A stretch of DNA of 64,000 bases from positions 5,961 to 69,960 of the forward strand of contig CALXVY010000005.1 of the NCBI GenBank assembly GCA_944392255.1. The letters are read 5' to 3'. Each line of letters begins with the position of its first letter. The stretch's first letter is position 1. This document shows positions 29,601 to 40,197 of the stretch, one piece after another. The notes beneath the pieces are model-generated. The model saw nothing but the letters and a program-made list of their open reading frames with translations, did no database searches and was not told where the DNA came from. The DNA is from an uncultured Alphaproteobacteria bacterium (GTDB lineage Bacteria; Pseudomonadota; Alphaproteobacteria; RF32; CAG-239). The position numbers and the translations under genes are program-made.

Positions 29601-29687
29601 GCGGCCATGGCGGAATTGGTAGACGCGTAACGTTGAGGTCGTTATGGGAGGTATCCCGTGGAAGTTCAAGTCTTCTTGGCCGCACCA
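29601..29687 (+). tRNA. tRNA-Leu (anticodon GAG), class II, CCA encoded
   Basis: Acceptor GCGGCCA/TGGCCGC, anticodon stem TAACG/CGTTA with loop TTGAGGT, a long variable arm, and T-loop TTCAAGT. It ends in ACCA. Confidence 0.9.
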
Positions 29688-29718
29688 ATTAAAAATTAAA
29701 AGATAAAGATAGTAAATC

Positions 29719-29750
29719 ACCCGCTAAATAGAAGCCAAGCGGGTTTTTTT
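29719..29750 (+). terminator. Rho-independent terminator after tRNA-Leu
   Basis: Stem ACCCGCT / AGCGGGT followed by TTTTTTT. Confidence 0.75.
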
Positions 29751-29773
29751 ATTGGAACAAAATCGGGGGTAGC

Positions 29774-31195
29774 ATGAGTAAGCGTAACAAGCGGGTTGTA
29801 TTACTTCCCAAAAATAAAAAAATTTCCAAAAAGAAGAAAAAGACAGAGCAGATTCTGGGTATTGGTCCCCGAATGATAAATTCGGTTACCAAAGCTCTTG
29901 ATAATAATAACAGCAAATACATCCGCAAAATAGCCGATGGTTTGAGCGAATATGAATTGGCACGTTTGCTTGAATCTTTGGATAATGACCAACGTATCAA
30001 ATTGGTTGATATCTTGGGAGATAAGATTAATCCGGATGTTTTCCCCGAATTAAATGAAGTTGTACAAGAACAAATCATTGACAATTTGGATTCTGATCAA
30101 GTGGTCAAAATTGTTAATGAGTTGGATTCTGAAGATGCGGTCGAAATTTTGGAACATATGGATGATGATGAACAAGCGCAAATCATCAGCCAGTTGGATC
30201 CGGAATTAAAATATCAGGTAAAGTCATCTTTTGCCTATCCGGAAGATTCGGCCGGACGTATTATGTCCCGAGATTTTGTTGCCGTTCCGAATGATTGGTC
30301 AGTAAAAGAAACACGTCAATATCTACTTAAAGAACAAGATTTACCGGATGAATTTTATGAAATTTTTATAACCGATTCTTTGTATCATCCGGTTGGTCAA
30401 ATCAGTTTGGATAAGCTCATACGCTCTAAGCCCTCAGAGGCCTTAACCGATATTATGGACGGGGAAGTTTGTCCGATAGATGCCTACACGGATCAAGAAG
30501 AAGTTGCACATATGTTTCGTGAATATGGTTGGAAGTCAGCCATGGTTGTTGATAACAAAGGCCGACTGGTCGGAACAATTATGGTCGATGATATTGTTCA
30601 TATTGTTCATGAAGAAGCCAGTGAAGATATCATGCACTTGTCCGGAACAGAAGAGGGCGATGTTTATAAATCTGTTTTTAATATTTTTCGTTCCCGAGTC
30701 ATATGGTTGGTTACCAATTTATTTGCAACCATCGTTGCTGCATCTGTCGTTAAAGGGTTTCAAGACATCATAGCTCAAATATCGACCTTGGCGGTTTTGA
30801 TGCCGATAGTGGCATCAATGGGTGGAACAACGGGACAACAAACATTAGCCGTGGTCGTCAGAGCCTTGGCAACCAAAGAGCTAACTTCGCGCAATACAAT
30901 CAAGGTTATAGGTAAAGAGTTTACAGTCGGAATATGTAATGGAATGTTGTTTGCCGCCATGATATGGGGCGTAACACATATTATGTTTCCTGATAAAATC
31001 ATGATAAGCAATATCATAGCGGTTGCCATGTTGTGCAATTTGATGATAGCCAGTCTTGCCGGAATTTTAATTCCCTTGACCTTAAATAAGTTAAAAGTAG
31101 ATCCGGCAATATCTTCAGGTGTATTTTTGATTGCTTTAACAGATTCGGGTGGATTTTTCATCTTTTTAGGTTTGGCAAAATTACTTCTATTTTAA
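29774..31195 (+). CDS. mgtE: Magnesium transporter MgtE
   Basis: MgtE N-domain, CBS pair and a C-terminal 5-TM domain (PIVASMGGTTGQQT). There is an unusual Lys-rich N-terminal extension. GGGGG lies upstream of the ATG at 29774. Confidence 0.88.
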   Translation: MSKRNKRVVLLPKNKKISKKKKKTEQILGIGPRMINSVTKALDNNNSKYIRKIADGLSEYELARLLESLDNDQRIKLVDILGDKINPDVFPELNEVVQEQIIDNLDSDQVVKIVNELDSEDAVEILEHMDDDEQAQIISQLDPELKYQVKSSFAYPEDSAGRIMSRDFVAVPNDWSVKETRQYLLKEQDLPDEFYEIFITDSLYHPVGQISLDKLIRSKPSEALTDIMDGEVCPIDAYTDQEEVAHMFREYGWKSAMVVDNKGRLVGTIMVDDIVHIVHEEASEDIMHLSGTEEGDVYKSVFNIFRSRVIWLVTNLFATIVAASVVKGFQDIIAQISTLAVLMPIVASMGGTTGQQTLAVVVRALATKELTSRNTIKVIGKEFTVGICNGMLFAAMIWGVTHIMFPDKIMISNIIAVAMLCNLMIASLAGILIPLTLNKLKVDPAISSGVFLIALTDSGGFFIFLGLAKLLLF

Positions 31196-31289
31196 AAATT
31201 GCTATGAATATCTTTGAGTTTTAGCTTTTTATCTCGGTAAAATTAAGATAGTGTAATCATAGATAAATGTGTCATAACGGAGATATATA

Positions 31290-31766
31290 ATGTTATTAGG
31301 ACTGGCATGCGCCATTGTCGTTGTTATTTTGGACCAGTTTTCCAAATATTATATTATGGAAAATATTCTTAATGAATATGGGGCGATTAGTTTTACCTCA
31401 TTTTTTAATTTAGTCAGAGCATGGAACACTGGAGTAAGTTTCTCAATGTTCAATGACGGTGGACAAGCAGGTGTCGTTTTACTCTCACTTGTTTCTTTAA
31501 TAATTGTTTGCTTTTTACTTTATTGGTTGTATAAAGAACAAGAAAAGATTATCCAATTGTCTTTGGGATTTATTATAGGCGGCGCCATTGGAAATGTTAT
31601 AGATAGAATAAGCAGAGGAGCCGTGTTTGACTTTTTGGATTTTCATATCGGCGACCACCATTGGCCGGCTTTTAATTTGGCAGATAGTTTTATTTGTATA
31701 GGTGCAACCATTATAATTGTTCATGGTTTGTTTTTTGCACCTAAAAAAGAAGAGGAAAAAAAATGA
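31290..31766 (+). CDS. lspA: Lipoprotein signal peptidase II
   Basis: Motifs NTGVSFSMF, GGAIGNVIDR and FNLADSFI. Confidence 0.9.
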   Translation: MLLGLACAIVVVILDQFSKYYIMENILNEYGAISFTSFFNLVRAWNTGVSFSMFNDGGQAGVVLLSLVSLIIVCFLLYWLYKEQEKIIQLSLGFIIGGAIGNVIDRISRGAVFDFLDFHIGDHHWPAFNLADSFICIGATIIIVHGLFFAPKKEEEKK

Positions 31767-32089
31767 GAAAAAATATAATGGCAGCTTTTGTTGCCGTATT
31801 AGCATTAAGTGCTTGTGGAAATATCAATAGAGAAACATTGGGTTTGGCTAAAAAAGCTCCGAATGAATTTATGGTTTCAACCAAAGCTCCGTTGACCATG
31901 CCGCCCGAAGCAGATTTGAATCCTGTTAAGCCGGCGCCTTCGGTTCAACCCAAAATTACATTAGAAGATGTAAGTAAAGAAGAAGCCAATTTTGTATCAA
32001 ATTTTGATGAACCATCGGTTGTAACCAAAATTGATGATATCAGCAATGCCATAGATAAAGAATTGCAAAGAATGAAGCGTAATGGCTAG
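31763..32089 (+). CDS. DUF3035-like small lipoprotein
   Basis: Lipobox VLALSAC, then ...LGLAKKAPNEFMVSTKAPLTMPPE. It overlaps the lspA stop by 4 nt. I recall the lspA-DUF3035-M16 order as alphaproteobacterial. Confidence 0.6.
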   Translation: MRKNIMAAFVAVLALSACGNINRETLGLAKKAPNEFMVSTKAPLTMPPEADLNPVKPAPSVQPKITLEDVSKEEANFVSNFDEPSVVTKIDDISNAIDKELQRMKRNG

Positions 32090-33413
32090 ATTAAAATACA
32101 TCATCATTTATGGGCTTTTATTATGTCTTTTTGTGCTCCCCGTTCAGGCTAGGTTGTTCGGGGCACAAAGTTTTATGCTTGAAAACGGATTGCAAGTAGT
32201 TGTTGTGGAAAACCACAAAGCACCGATAATAAAATATATGATATGGTATAAAGCCAGCGCCGTAGACGAAAAAGAAGGTAAGGGCGGAACAGCTCATTTG
32301 TTGGAGCATCTCATGTTTCGTGGCACTTCAAACGTAAGCGGAGAAATGTTTGATGATGTGTTAAAACAAAACGGGGTTGAAAGCAATGCTTTTACTTCGC
32401 TTGATTTTACGGTCTACTATCATAGTTTGGATATTTCAAAGTTAGAATTGGTTATGGCCTTGGAAGCCGACCGCATGAAAAATTTGCAAATATCTCCTAA
32501 AAATTTTGCTTTAGAAAGAGATATTGTATATCAAGAGCGAAAACAAGTGGTAGATAATAATCCTTCAGCACCTTTTTCAGAGAGTTATCGCAAAGTTTTG
32601 TGGCAAGAACATCCCTATGCTCGTTCGGTAAGCGGTACGGAAAAAGAAATAAAGTCTTTAACTTTGGAAGATGTGCAAGATTTTTATAATGGTCTTTATT
32701 CTCCCGATAATGCCGTTCTTATTTTGTCCGGAGATATAGATATGCAAACAGCCAAATCTTTGGCACAGAAATATTACGGAGAAATAGAAAAAAGACCGCT
32801 TGCCGCAAAAGCTAAATTTCCCAATTTAAAACAAAACATACGCGCAAAATTAGAAATGCAATTGCCGCAAATCAATACACCTAGATTGCTCAAAACATAT
32901 ATAGCTCCGTCTTTAAGTCTCAATAAAGATGAAATTTATAATTTGTCCGTATTATCTAAATATTTAGGCGAAGGAGAAACCTCTGAATTGTATAAAGATT
33001 TGGTTCTTGAGCAAAAAAAAGCGCTGGCGGTTTCCTCATCATATGATTATTTGTCGCGCAGTTATGGTCGATTTCAGATTTCGGCATTGCCGGCAAATGG
33101 TGTCAGTGTTCAAGAACTTGAACAAGCTATTGATGAAAGTATAAAAAAAGCGATTAAGAATTTGAATATAGATAAAATAAACAATGTCAAAGACAAAATG
33201 CTATCAGGACTTGTTTATCTGCAAGACAATCCGTTTGATGCGGCAGATACGGTAGGCATCATGAGTGCTGCCGGAATGAGCGTGAATGACATAGAAAAAC
33301 AGGCAGAATATATCCGTGCTGTTCAATACCAAGATGTAAAAGAATCTGCCAATAAATTATTCTTAGAAAATGCAGCTTTGACAGGTTTTCTTAAACCTTT
33401 GGGAGAAAATTGA
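32082..33413 (+). CDS. M16 family zinc peptidase (active subunit)
   Basis: HxxEH zinc motif in GGTAHLLEHLMFRGT. A signal peptide is present. Length 443 aa. Confidence 0.85.
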   Translation: MARLKYIIIYGLLLCLFVLPVQARLFGAQSFMLENGLQVVVVENHKAPIIKYMIWYKASAVDEKEGKGGTAHLLEHLMFRGTSNVSGEMFDDVLKQNGVESNAFTSLDFTVYYHSLDISKLELVMALEADRMKNLQISPKNFALERDIVYQERKQVVDNNPSAPFSESYRKVLWQEHPYARSVSGTEKEIKSLTLEDVQDFYNGLYSPDNAVLILSGDIDMQTAKSLAQKYYGEIEKRPLAAKAKFPNLKQNIRAKLEMQLPQINTPRLLKTYIAPSLSLNKDEIYNLSVLSKYLGEGETSELYKDLVLEQKKALAVSSSYDYLSRSYGRFQISALPANGVSVQELEQAIDESIKKAIKNLNIDKINNVKDKMLSGLVYLQDNPFDAADTVGIMSAAGMSVNDIEKQAEYIRAVQYQDVKESANKLFLENAALTGFLKPLGEN

Positions 33414-34843
33414 TGAGGTCTCGACGTCGTTCAAAATCTTCCGCTTTCTTTGCTAAAATCTTGCAATATTTGCTGGTATTATTGCTTGTTTTAGGAGGAA
33501 GTTGGTATTTTTACAAACAATATATCAGCTTTAATGCCGAGAAAATTTTATCAGAATCAATCTTACAAGAAAAAACTTTTGTTGCTCGTCCGGTTGAAGT
33601 AATTTCTCCGCATTATAAAATAAAGGCTTATTTATTGGAAGAAAAAACAGCCCCGATTATTAGTTTTAGCTTTATGTTTAAAGGGGCAGGGCGTGTTTCT
33701 GATGATAAAGACCAACAGGGAATTTCCGGCTTAACCGCAGCAATGCTCACTGAAGGAACAGAAAGTTTAACCTCACAAGATTTTAAAGAAAAATTGGAAA
33801 ATTATGCCATAGGTATTTCTTTTTCTGCAGGGTTAGATGATTTTACCGGAGCCATGGTAACCACGAGTGAACATCAAAAACAAGCTTATGCCTTATTGAA
33901 AGATATTCTAATTCACCCACGTTTTGATAAAGAAGATTTAAATCGGACCAAACTGCAACTACAAAAATCTTTTTTGTTGCAAAAGGAACATCCGCAAAGC
34001 ATTTTGAACTTAAAATTTGCTGAATATCTTTACAAAAATCATCCTTACGGCAGAAATCCTTTAGGAGAATGGAATGCCGTAAGCAAATTAAATCGGCAAG
34101 ATTTGTTAAAATATATGCAAACTCATTTTGCACAAAATAATTTGATAATAGGTGTGGCCGGAGATATCACACCGGAAAATTTGGAAAACGTTTTAGATGA
34201 TGTTTTTGGTTCGTTACCACAAAGTACGGCCATAGATTTTGTCCGCAATCCGGATATGGATTTTAACATGCCGGAGCTGAATATAGATTTTGCTGCCGGC
34301 GCACAAAATATCAGCCGATTTGCGGCTAAAGGTGTATCTCGCAGTGATAAAGATTTTTATCCTTTATATGTCGCAAATCATATTTTTGGCGGTTCAGGCT
34401 TAAGCTCTCGCTTATCAAAGGCAGCCAGAGAAGATAAAGGTTTGACATATAGTATTTATACATATATGAGCCTTGCGGATAAATCACCGCTGCTTCAAGG
34501 TGAATTTTCTGCAACCAAGGATAAATATGCCAAGGTAAAAGAAATTTTGCGCCAAGAGTGGAACAAATTTGGTCAGCAGGGAGCAACAGAACAGGAAGTA
34601 GAAGATGCCAAGAACTATTTGTTGGCATCATATAATTTGCGTTTTGCCTCAATTGCCAATTTATCAGAAATTTTATTATATATGCAAAAAGAAGATTTAG
34701 GATTAGACTTTTTACAAAATAGAAATAACAATATAAAAAATATAAGTACTGAGCAAGTAAACCAAGTTGCCAAAAAATATTTCAAACCACAAGGATATGT
34801 TTCGGTAAATATTGGCAATTTTGGGCAAAATAAGGAGAAATAA
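33410..34843 (+). CDS. M16 family peptidase-like protein (no HxxEH; probably a non-catalytic partner)
   Basis: M16 fold pattern (GISGLTAAMLTEGT...) without the zinc motif. It overlaps the upstream gene by 4 nt. Confidence 0.75.
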   Translation: MMRSRRRSKSSAFFAKILQYLLVLLLVLGGSWYFYKQYISFNAEKILSESILQEKTFVARPVEVISPHYKIKAYLLEEKTAPIISFSFMFKGAGRVSDDKDQQGISGLTAAMLTEGTESLTSQDFKEKLENYAIGISFSAGLDDFTGAMVTTSEHQKQAYALLKDILIHPRFDKEDLNRTKLQLQKSFLLQKEHPQSILNLKFAEYLYKNHPYGRNPLGEWNAVSKLNRQDLLKYMQTHFAQNNLIIGVAGDITPENLENVLDDVFGSLPQSTAIDFVRNPDMDFNMPELNIDFAAGAQNISRFAAKGVSRSDKDFYPLYVANHIFGGSGLSSRLSKAAREDKGLTYSIYTYMSLADKSPLLQGEFSATKDKYAKVKEILRQEWNKFGQQGATEQEVEDAKNYLLASYNLRFASIANLSEILLYMQKEDLGLDFLQNRNNNIKNISTEQVNQVAKKYFKPQGYVSVNIGNFGQNKEK

Positions 34844-36487
34844 ATGACAGGTACTGTTAATAAATTAAGAGCATGGAAAAGATTGGAACGTCATGCCAAA
34901 AAAATGAACAAAGTTGAAATGAGAACTTTGTTCGAAGAAGATAATAAAAGAGCTTCAAAGTTCAGTTTGCAACTTGAATCAATGTTGGTTGATTTTTCCA
35001 AAAACCGCATCAACGAAAAAACAGTTTTATACTTATTGGAATTGGCGCGTGTTCGCGGTGTAGAAGAGAAAATACAAGCCATGTTCAGCGGAGAAAAAAT
35101 TAACTTTACCGAACATCGTGCTGTTTTGCATACCGCATTAAGAAACAGAGATAACACCCCTGTTTGGGCAGACGGTAAAAACGTCATGCCGCAAATTAAT
35201 GAAGTTTTAGCCAAAATGCGTAAGTTTTCAGAATCTGTACGCTTAGGTAAATTTGTCGGTCAAACCGGTAAAAAATTAACCGATATTGTTAATATTGGCA
35301 TTGGGGGTTCAGATTTAGGTCCGGTTATGGCTAATGAAGCTTTGAAAAAGTACAAAGCAAAAGATATTAATACCTATTTTATATCTAATATTGATGGCAC
35401 GGGTTGCGCAGAAGTTTTAAATAAACTCAATCCTGAAACCACTTTGTTTATTGTCGCCTCAAAGACATTTACTACAATAGAAACATTAACCAATGCCAAA
35501 ACCTGCCGCAAATGGTTGGTAGATGCTTTGGGCGAACATGCCGTAGCCAAACATTTTGTGGCCTTATCTACCAACGCCCCAAAAGTTAAAGAATTCGGTA
35601 TTGATACCGAAAATATGTTTGAGTTTTGGGATTTTGTCGGTGGCAGATATTCTATGTGGTCAGCAATTGGCCTATCCATTGCCATTGCCATTGGAATGGA
35701 TAATTTTGAAAAAATGTTGGAAGGCGCTCACACTATGGATTTGCACTTCCGCCATACCGATTTGGCGCATAACATTCCGGTTATGTTAGCCTTAATAGGA
35801 ATTTGGAATAACAATTTTTTAGGCTTTCGTAGTCAAGCTGTTGTTCCTTACGACCAATATTTGCGCTATTTACCGGCATATTTGCAACAATTGGAGATGG
35901 AAAGCAATGGTAAATTTGTAAGTTCTGAAAATGAGTTTGTAAAATATAATACAGGTTCGGTTATTTTTGGCGGAGCCGGTACAGATGTACAACATTCTTT
36001 CTTCCAAATGCTGCACCAAGGGACAACCCCCATACCGGTAGACTTTATTATTCCGGCAATTTCTCATAATGAAATCGGCGATCATCATGAAATTTTAATC
36101 GCCAATGTTTTGGCTCAAGCCGAGGCTTTGATGAAAGGTAAAACCGTAAAAGAAGCCGCTGAAGAATTAGCCAAAGCCGGAAAAGATAAAGACGAAATAA
36201 ATAGCATGAAAAAATATAAGAGTTTCCCTGGAAACAACCCAAGCAACATGATTATCTGCAAAAAGATAGATCCATATACTTTGGGTATGTTGGTGGCTAT
36301 GTATGAACACAAAGTCTTTGTTCAAGGCATCATTTGGGATATCAACTCTTTTGACCAATTCGGTGTCGAATTAGGCAAAAAAATGGCTTTAGATATTCTG
36401 CCTGAATTGCAAGAAAATGCATCAAGCATTCATCATGACAGTTCAACGGCAGCTTTAATTAGATATATCAAAAACTTAAGAAAGTAA
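34844..36487 (+). CDS. pgi: Glucose-6-phosphate isomerase
   Basis: 547 aa with GIGGSDLGP, FDQFGVELGK and a full-length PGI pattern. Confidence 0.95.
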   Translation: MTGTVNKLRAWKRLERHAKKMNKVEMRTLFEEDNKRASKFSLQLESMLVDFSKNRINEKTVLYLLELARVRGVEEKIQAMFSGEKINFTEHRAVLHTALRNRDNTPVWADGKNVMPQINEVLAKMRKFSESVRLGKFVGQTGKKLTDIVNIGIGGSDLGPVMANEALKKYKAKDINTYFISNIDGTGCAEVLNKLNPETTLFIVASKTFTTIETLTNAKTCRKWLVDALGEHAVAKHFVALSTNAPKVKEFGIDTENMFEFWDFVGGRYSMWSAIGLSIAIAIGMDNFEKMLEGAHTMDLHFRHTDLAHNIPVMLALIGIWNNNFLGFRSQAVVPYDQYLRYLPAYLQQLEMESNGKFVSSENEFVKYNTGSVIFGGAGTDVQHSFFQMLHQGTTPIPVDFIIPAISHNEIGDHHEILIANVLAQAEALMKGKTVKEAAEELAKAGKDKDEINSMKKYKSFPGNNPSNMIICKKIDPYTLGMLVAMYEHKVFVQGIIWDINSFDQFGVELGKKMALDILPELQENASSIHHDSSTAALIRYIKNLRK

Positions 36488-36491
36488 GTTC

Positions 36492-38369
36492 ATGGGCATC
36501 AGAATCTTACCATCAAATTTAGTCAACCAAATCGCCGCCGGAGAAGTTATTGAACGGCCAGCCTCTGTTATCAAAGAACTGGTTGAAAACTCAATAGATG
36601 CGGGAGCTACTTCCATTGAAGTAACTTTGGTTGATGGTGGTAAGAGTCTGATAATTGTATCAGATAACGGTAAAGGTATGACACTAGACGAGTTAGAACT
36701 TGCGGTTGAAAGACATGCCACTTCTAAGTTACCTGATGACAATTTATTTAATATCAATTTCTTAGGTTTTCGCGGTGAAGCTTTGCCGTCCATTTCTTCC
36801 GTCGCCAGATTAAGCATTACCTCACGACCTCAAGGGGCAGACAGCGCATGGAAAATCGAGGTTAATGGTGGAGAAAAGACAAAGCCGGTGCCAACCTCAT
36901 ATCCGTTTGGTACCAGAATAGAGGTTAGAGATTTATTTTATGCCACACCGGCAAGGTTGAAATTTTTGAAAGCATCAACTTCAGAAACCAATGCCTGTGC
37001 TGATATTTTAACCCGAATTGCCATGGCCAATCCGCATATTTCATTTTATCTGAAAGACGGTGATAAGAAAAAGCTGAGTTTGAATGCAGAGCAGGGAGAG
37101 CTCTTTGATGCCAGATTGAAGCGCTTATCAGATGTGATGGGTAAAGAATTTGGCGAAAACTCGGTTCTGATAGATGCCACAAGAGAAAATTTGCATATTT
37201 CAGGTTATGTCAGTTTGCCAACCTTAAATAAAGCCAATTCATTATCACAATATTTGTTTGTCAACAATAGACCCGTTCGTGATAAACTTTTGCTCGGAGC
37301 CATAAAAGGGGCATATATGGATGTTTTGGCCTCAAATCGCTATCCGATGTGTGCTTTGTTTTTTGATATTGATCCGGCTTATGTCGATGTGAATGTGCAT
37401 CCGGCCAAAGCAGAGGTTCGTTTTTATGACAATGCCTTGGTCAGAGGATTGCTGGTGAGTGCCATACGCAATGCCTTAACCATTGAAAGCAGACGATCTT
37501 CAAACACATTAGATATAAATGAGTTTGTTCAAGATACCATTCCTGAATTTGGCGTACCTCGCACGACAGAAACTGTGGAACAAGTTGCCGTTAATAACAT
37601 TCCTGATACATTGGAATTAAGAGAGCACAATCCTCAGACACAGATTCGCCCAATGGGGTTCAATTTTCAAAGTGCCGTTGTTTCGCCGAGCCGCCGTTCT
37701 CAAGTGGAGTTGCCCGAATTAGAGCATAAATTTTCCGTAAAAGTAGAAACACCGTCTAGTTATGAAAATCTGCCGACAACGGAAACCGGTCCTTTAGGAA
37801 TACCCAAAGCCCAATTCCATAATACATATATCATTTCGCAAACGGAAGATAGTATTGTGATAATAGACCAACATGCCTCGCATGAACGCATCGTTATGGA
37901 ACGTATGAAAGCCAATTTGCAAAAAAATGGTCGTCTGTCTTCACAAATGCTATTGATTCCTGAAGTAGTGGATTTAGATGGCTCTGCCAAAGAAAGAATT
38001 TTGAGCTTAACTGCAGAATTAAATCAATTAGGCTTAGTTATAGAAGAATTTGGTACGACCGCAGTGATTGTACGAGAAGTTCCGGCTTTGATAAAAGATT
38101 GTGATGTAAAACAATTGATTACCGATTTAGCTGATGAAATTGCCGAATGGGGCGGAGAATATGCCTTGACCGATAAGTTGCACCATATATGTGCTACTTT
38201 TGCCTGCCATGGTTCGGTTAGAGCCGGACGGTCTTTGAATTTTGATGAAATGAATCGTCTGCTTAGAGATATGGAAAAAACAGATCATTCTGGACAATGT
38301 AATCATGGTCGTCCAACATATATTGAACTCAAACTCAAAGATATAGAAAAACTTTTTAATCGCAGATAG
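36492..38369 (+). CDS. mutL: DNA mismatch repair protein MutL
   Basis: Motifs NQIAAGEVIERPASVIKELVENSIDAG and GFRGEAL, plus the C-terminal DQHASHERI. Confidence 0.95.
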   Translation: MGIRILPSNLVNQIAAGEVIERPASVIKELVENSIDAGATSIEVTLVDGGKSLIIVSDNGKGMTLDELELAVERHATSKLPDDNLFNINFLGFRGEALPSISSVARLSITSRPQGADSAWKIEVNGGEKTKPVPTSYPFGTRIEVRDLFYATPARLKFLKASTSETNACADILTRIAMANPHISFYLKDGDKKKLSLNAEQGELFDARLKRLSDVMGKEFGENSVLIDATRENLHISGYVSLPTLNKANSLSQYLFVNNRPVRDKLLLGAIKGAYMDVLASNRYPMCALFFDIDPAYVDVNVHPAKAEVRFYDNALVRGLLVSAIRNALTIESRRSSNTLDINEFVQDTIPEFGVPRTTETVEQVAVNNIPDTLELREHNPQTQIRPMGFNFQSAVVSPSRRSQVELPELEHKFSVKVETPSSYENLPTTETGPLGIPKAQFHNTYIISQTEDSIVIIDQHASHERIVMERMKANLQKNGRLSSQMLLIPEVVDLDGSAKERILSLTAELNQLGLVIEEFGTTAVIVREVPALIKDCDVKQLITDLADEIAEWGGEYALTDKLHHICATFACHGSVRAGRSLNFDEMNRLLRDMEKTDHSGQCNHGRPTYIELKLKDIEKLFNRR

Positions 38370-38378
38370 AGGAAGTCT

Positions 38379-40142
38379 ATGTTTCAAAAGTTAAAAGAAA
38401 AAATAAATTCATTATATACGGTCAAAAACTATAAAAAATTGTCTCCGTATATTCAGCCATATTGGAAACGCGCATTGTTGGCATTGCTTATCACAATTCC
38501 AATCGGTGGTATGGATGCGGTTATTGCTTGGGCTTTAAAACCGTATATGGATGTGGTTATGGTAGAAAAAAGCACATCTTCAACCACTTATCTGCCTCTT
38601 TTAATCATTTTCTTCAGCTTACTTCAAAGTGTTTTGAATTATATGGCAACATATATGAATACATGGGTCGGTCGAAAAATTACCAATGATTTGAAAGCTG
38701 AATTGTATAAGAAGCTTCTCCATAATGATACGCATTTTTTTGACACGACAACTTCAGGAGATGTTCAATTTAGATACAATAATGATGTGGAATTGGCTTG
38801 TAATGGTTTGCTGGCAAATGTTAAATTATTTACAACCCGAGTGTTCTCTTCAATTTCTTTAATATTTGTTTTATTTTATAATTCATGGCAATTGGCTTTG
38901 GTCGCTATTGTTATTTTAGGCTGCGCATTATATCCGTTAACAACAGTTCGCAAAAAATTAAAAGATTTAACAAAACAAAATGTCTTTGCCGGCGGAAGTA
39001 TTGCTACTAGTTATAATGAAACATTTAGCGGAAACAGAGTAATATCTTCTTATAATTTGTATGATTACGCCTACAATCGTTTTAAGGATGACTTGCATCA
39101 ACTTTTTCGCATTGGCATCAAAATGATTCAGCGTACAGGTTTAATCTCTCCGTTGATGCATTTCATTGTTTCTTTAGGAATTGCTTTGGTAATCTGGCTT
39201 GGCAGTTATTTGATTGTTAATCATGAGATTTCAAGTGGTAACTTTGTTTCCTTTATTGCCGCATTGATTATGTTATATAATCCGATAAAAAGTATCGGTA
39301 ATAATTACAATTCTGTACAAATGTCTTTAATGGCAATTGAACGAGTTTTTGGTCTTTTGGAAATGGAACCAGCAATAAAGAATAAACCAAATGCAAAAAA
39401 GCTGACTTCCGTAAATGAAGGAATAGAATATAAAGATGTTTGCTTTGAATATATAAATAATAAGCCGGTTCTAAAGCATATCAATTTAAAAATAAAAGTT
39501 GGTGAGACCATAGCCTTTGTTGGAAATTCAGGTGGCGGAAAAACCACTACGGTAAATTTATTGCCACGTTTTTATGACATAAAGTCTGGTTCCTTGTTAA
39601 TTGATGGGGTTGATGTCAGAGATTATGACTTAGATTCTTTGCGCGACAAAATAGCTATTGTTTTTCAAGATAATTTCTTATTTGCAGGCACAATCAGAGA
39701 AAATATATTATTAGGAAAACAAAATGCGTCACAAGCAGATATTGACAAAGCAATTCAATCGGCATGTTTGAGCGATTTTATCAAATCATTGGATAAAGGC
39801 TTGGATACTGAAATTGGTGAGAGAGGAGTCTTACTGTCGGGCGGACAAAAACAACGTATTGCCATAGCTCGTGCATTCTTAAAAAATGCGCCGATTGTTA
39901 TTTTAGACGAGGCTACCTCAGCATTGGATAATAAATCAGAAGGCATTGTTCAGCAAGCCATAGAAAACTTGATGGCAGATAGAACTGTGTTTATCATAGC
40001 CCACCGTTTATCCACGGTAAAAAATGCCGATAAAATTGTGGTTATTAACAATGGAGAGATTGTAGAAGAAGGTAAGCACGAAGAACTTTTGGCCAAAGAA
40101 AATAGTGCTTACGCGGCTCTGTATAAAACTCAAATTAAATAG
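38379..40142 (+). CDS. ABC transporter permease/ATPase fusion (MsbA-like exporter)
   Basis: Six-TM domain followed by Walker A GNSGGGKTT, signature LSGGQKQRIAIARA and Walker B IVILDEATSALD. Length 587 aa. Confidence 0.85.
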   Translation: MFQKLKEKINSLYTVKNYKKLSPYIQPYWKRALLALLITIPIGGMDAVIAWALKPYMDVVMVEKSTSSTTYLPLLIIFFSLLQSVLNYMATYMNTWVGRKITNDLKAELYKKLLHNDTHFFDTTTSGDVQFRYNNDVELACNGLLANVKLFTTRVFSSISLIFVLFYNSWQLALVAIVILGCALYPLTTVRKKLKDLTKQNVFAGGSIATSYNETFSGNRVISSYNLYDYAYNRFKDDLHQLFRIGIKMIQRTGLISPLMHFIVSLGIALVIWLGSYLIVNHEISSGNFVSFIAALIMLYNPIKSIGNNYNSVQMSLMAIERVFGLLEMEPAIKNKPNAKKLTSVNEGIEYKDVCFEYINNKPVLKHINLKIKVGETIAFVGNSGGGKTTTVNLLPRFYDIKSGSLLIDGVDVRDYDLDSLRDKIAIVFQDNFLFAGTIRENILLGKQNASQADIDKAIQSACLSDFIKSLDKGLDTEIGERGVLLSGGQKQRIAIARAFLKNAPIVILDEATSALDNKSEGIVQQAIENLMADRTVFIIAHRLSTVKNADKIVVINNGEIVEEGKHEELLAKENSAYAALYKTQIK

Positions 40143-40145
40143 ACA

Positions 40146-40182
40146 TAAAAAAATCCTCACTTTAGAAAGTGAGGATTTTTTT
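40146..40182. terminator. Bidirectional terminator between the ABC exporter and galE
   Basis: A-run, stem ATCCTCACT / AGTGAGGAT, then T-run. Confidence 0.8.
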
Positions 40183-40197
40183 ATGTGATGAGAAAGA

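Noticed and set aside
29688-29773. M-box (ykoK) magnesium riboswitch upstream of mgtE
   Set aside because: Only about 85 nt separate the tRNA from the ORF, and most of that is the tRNA terminator. An M-box of about 160 nt cannot fit.
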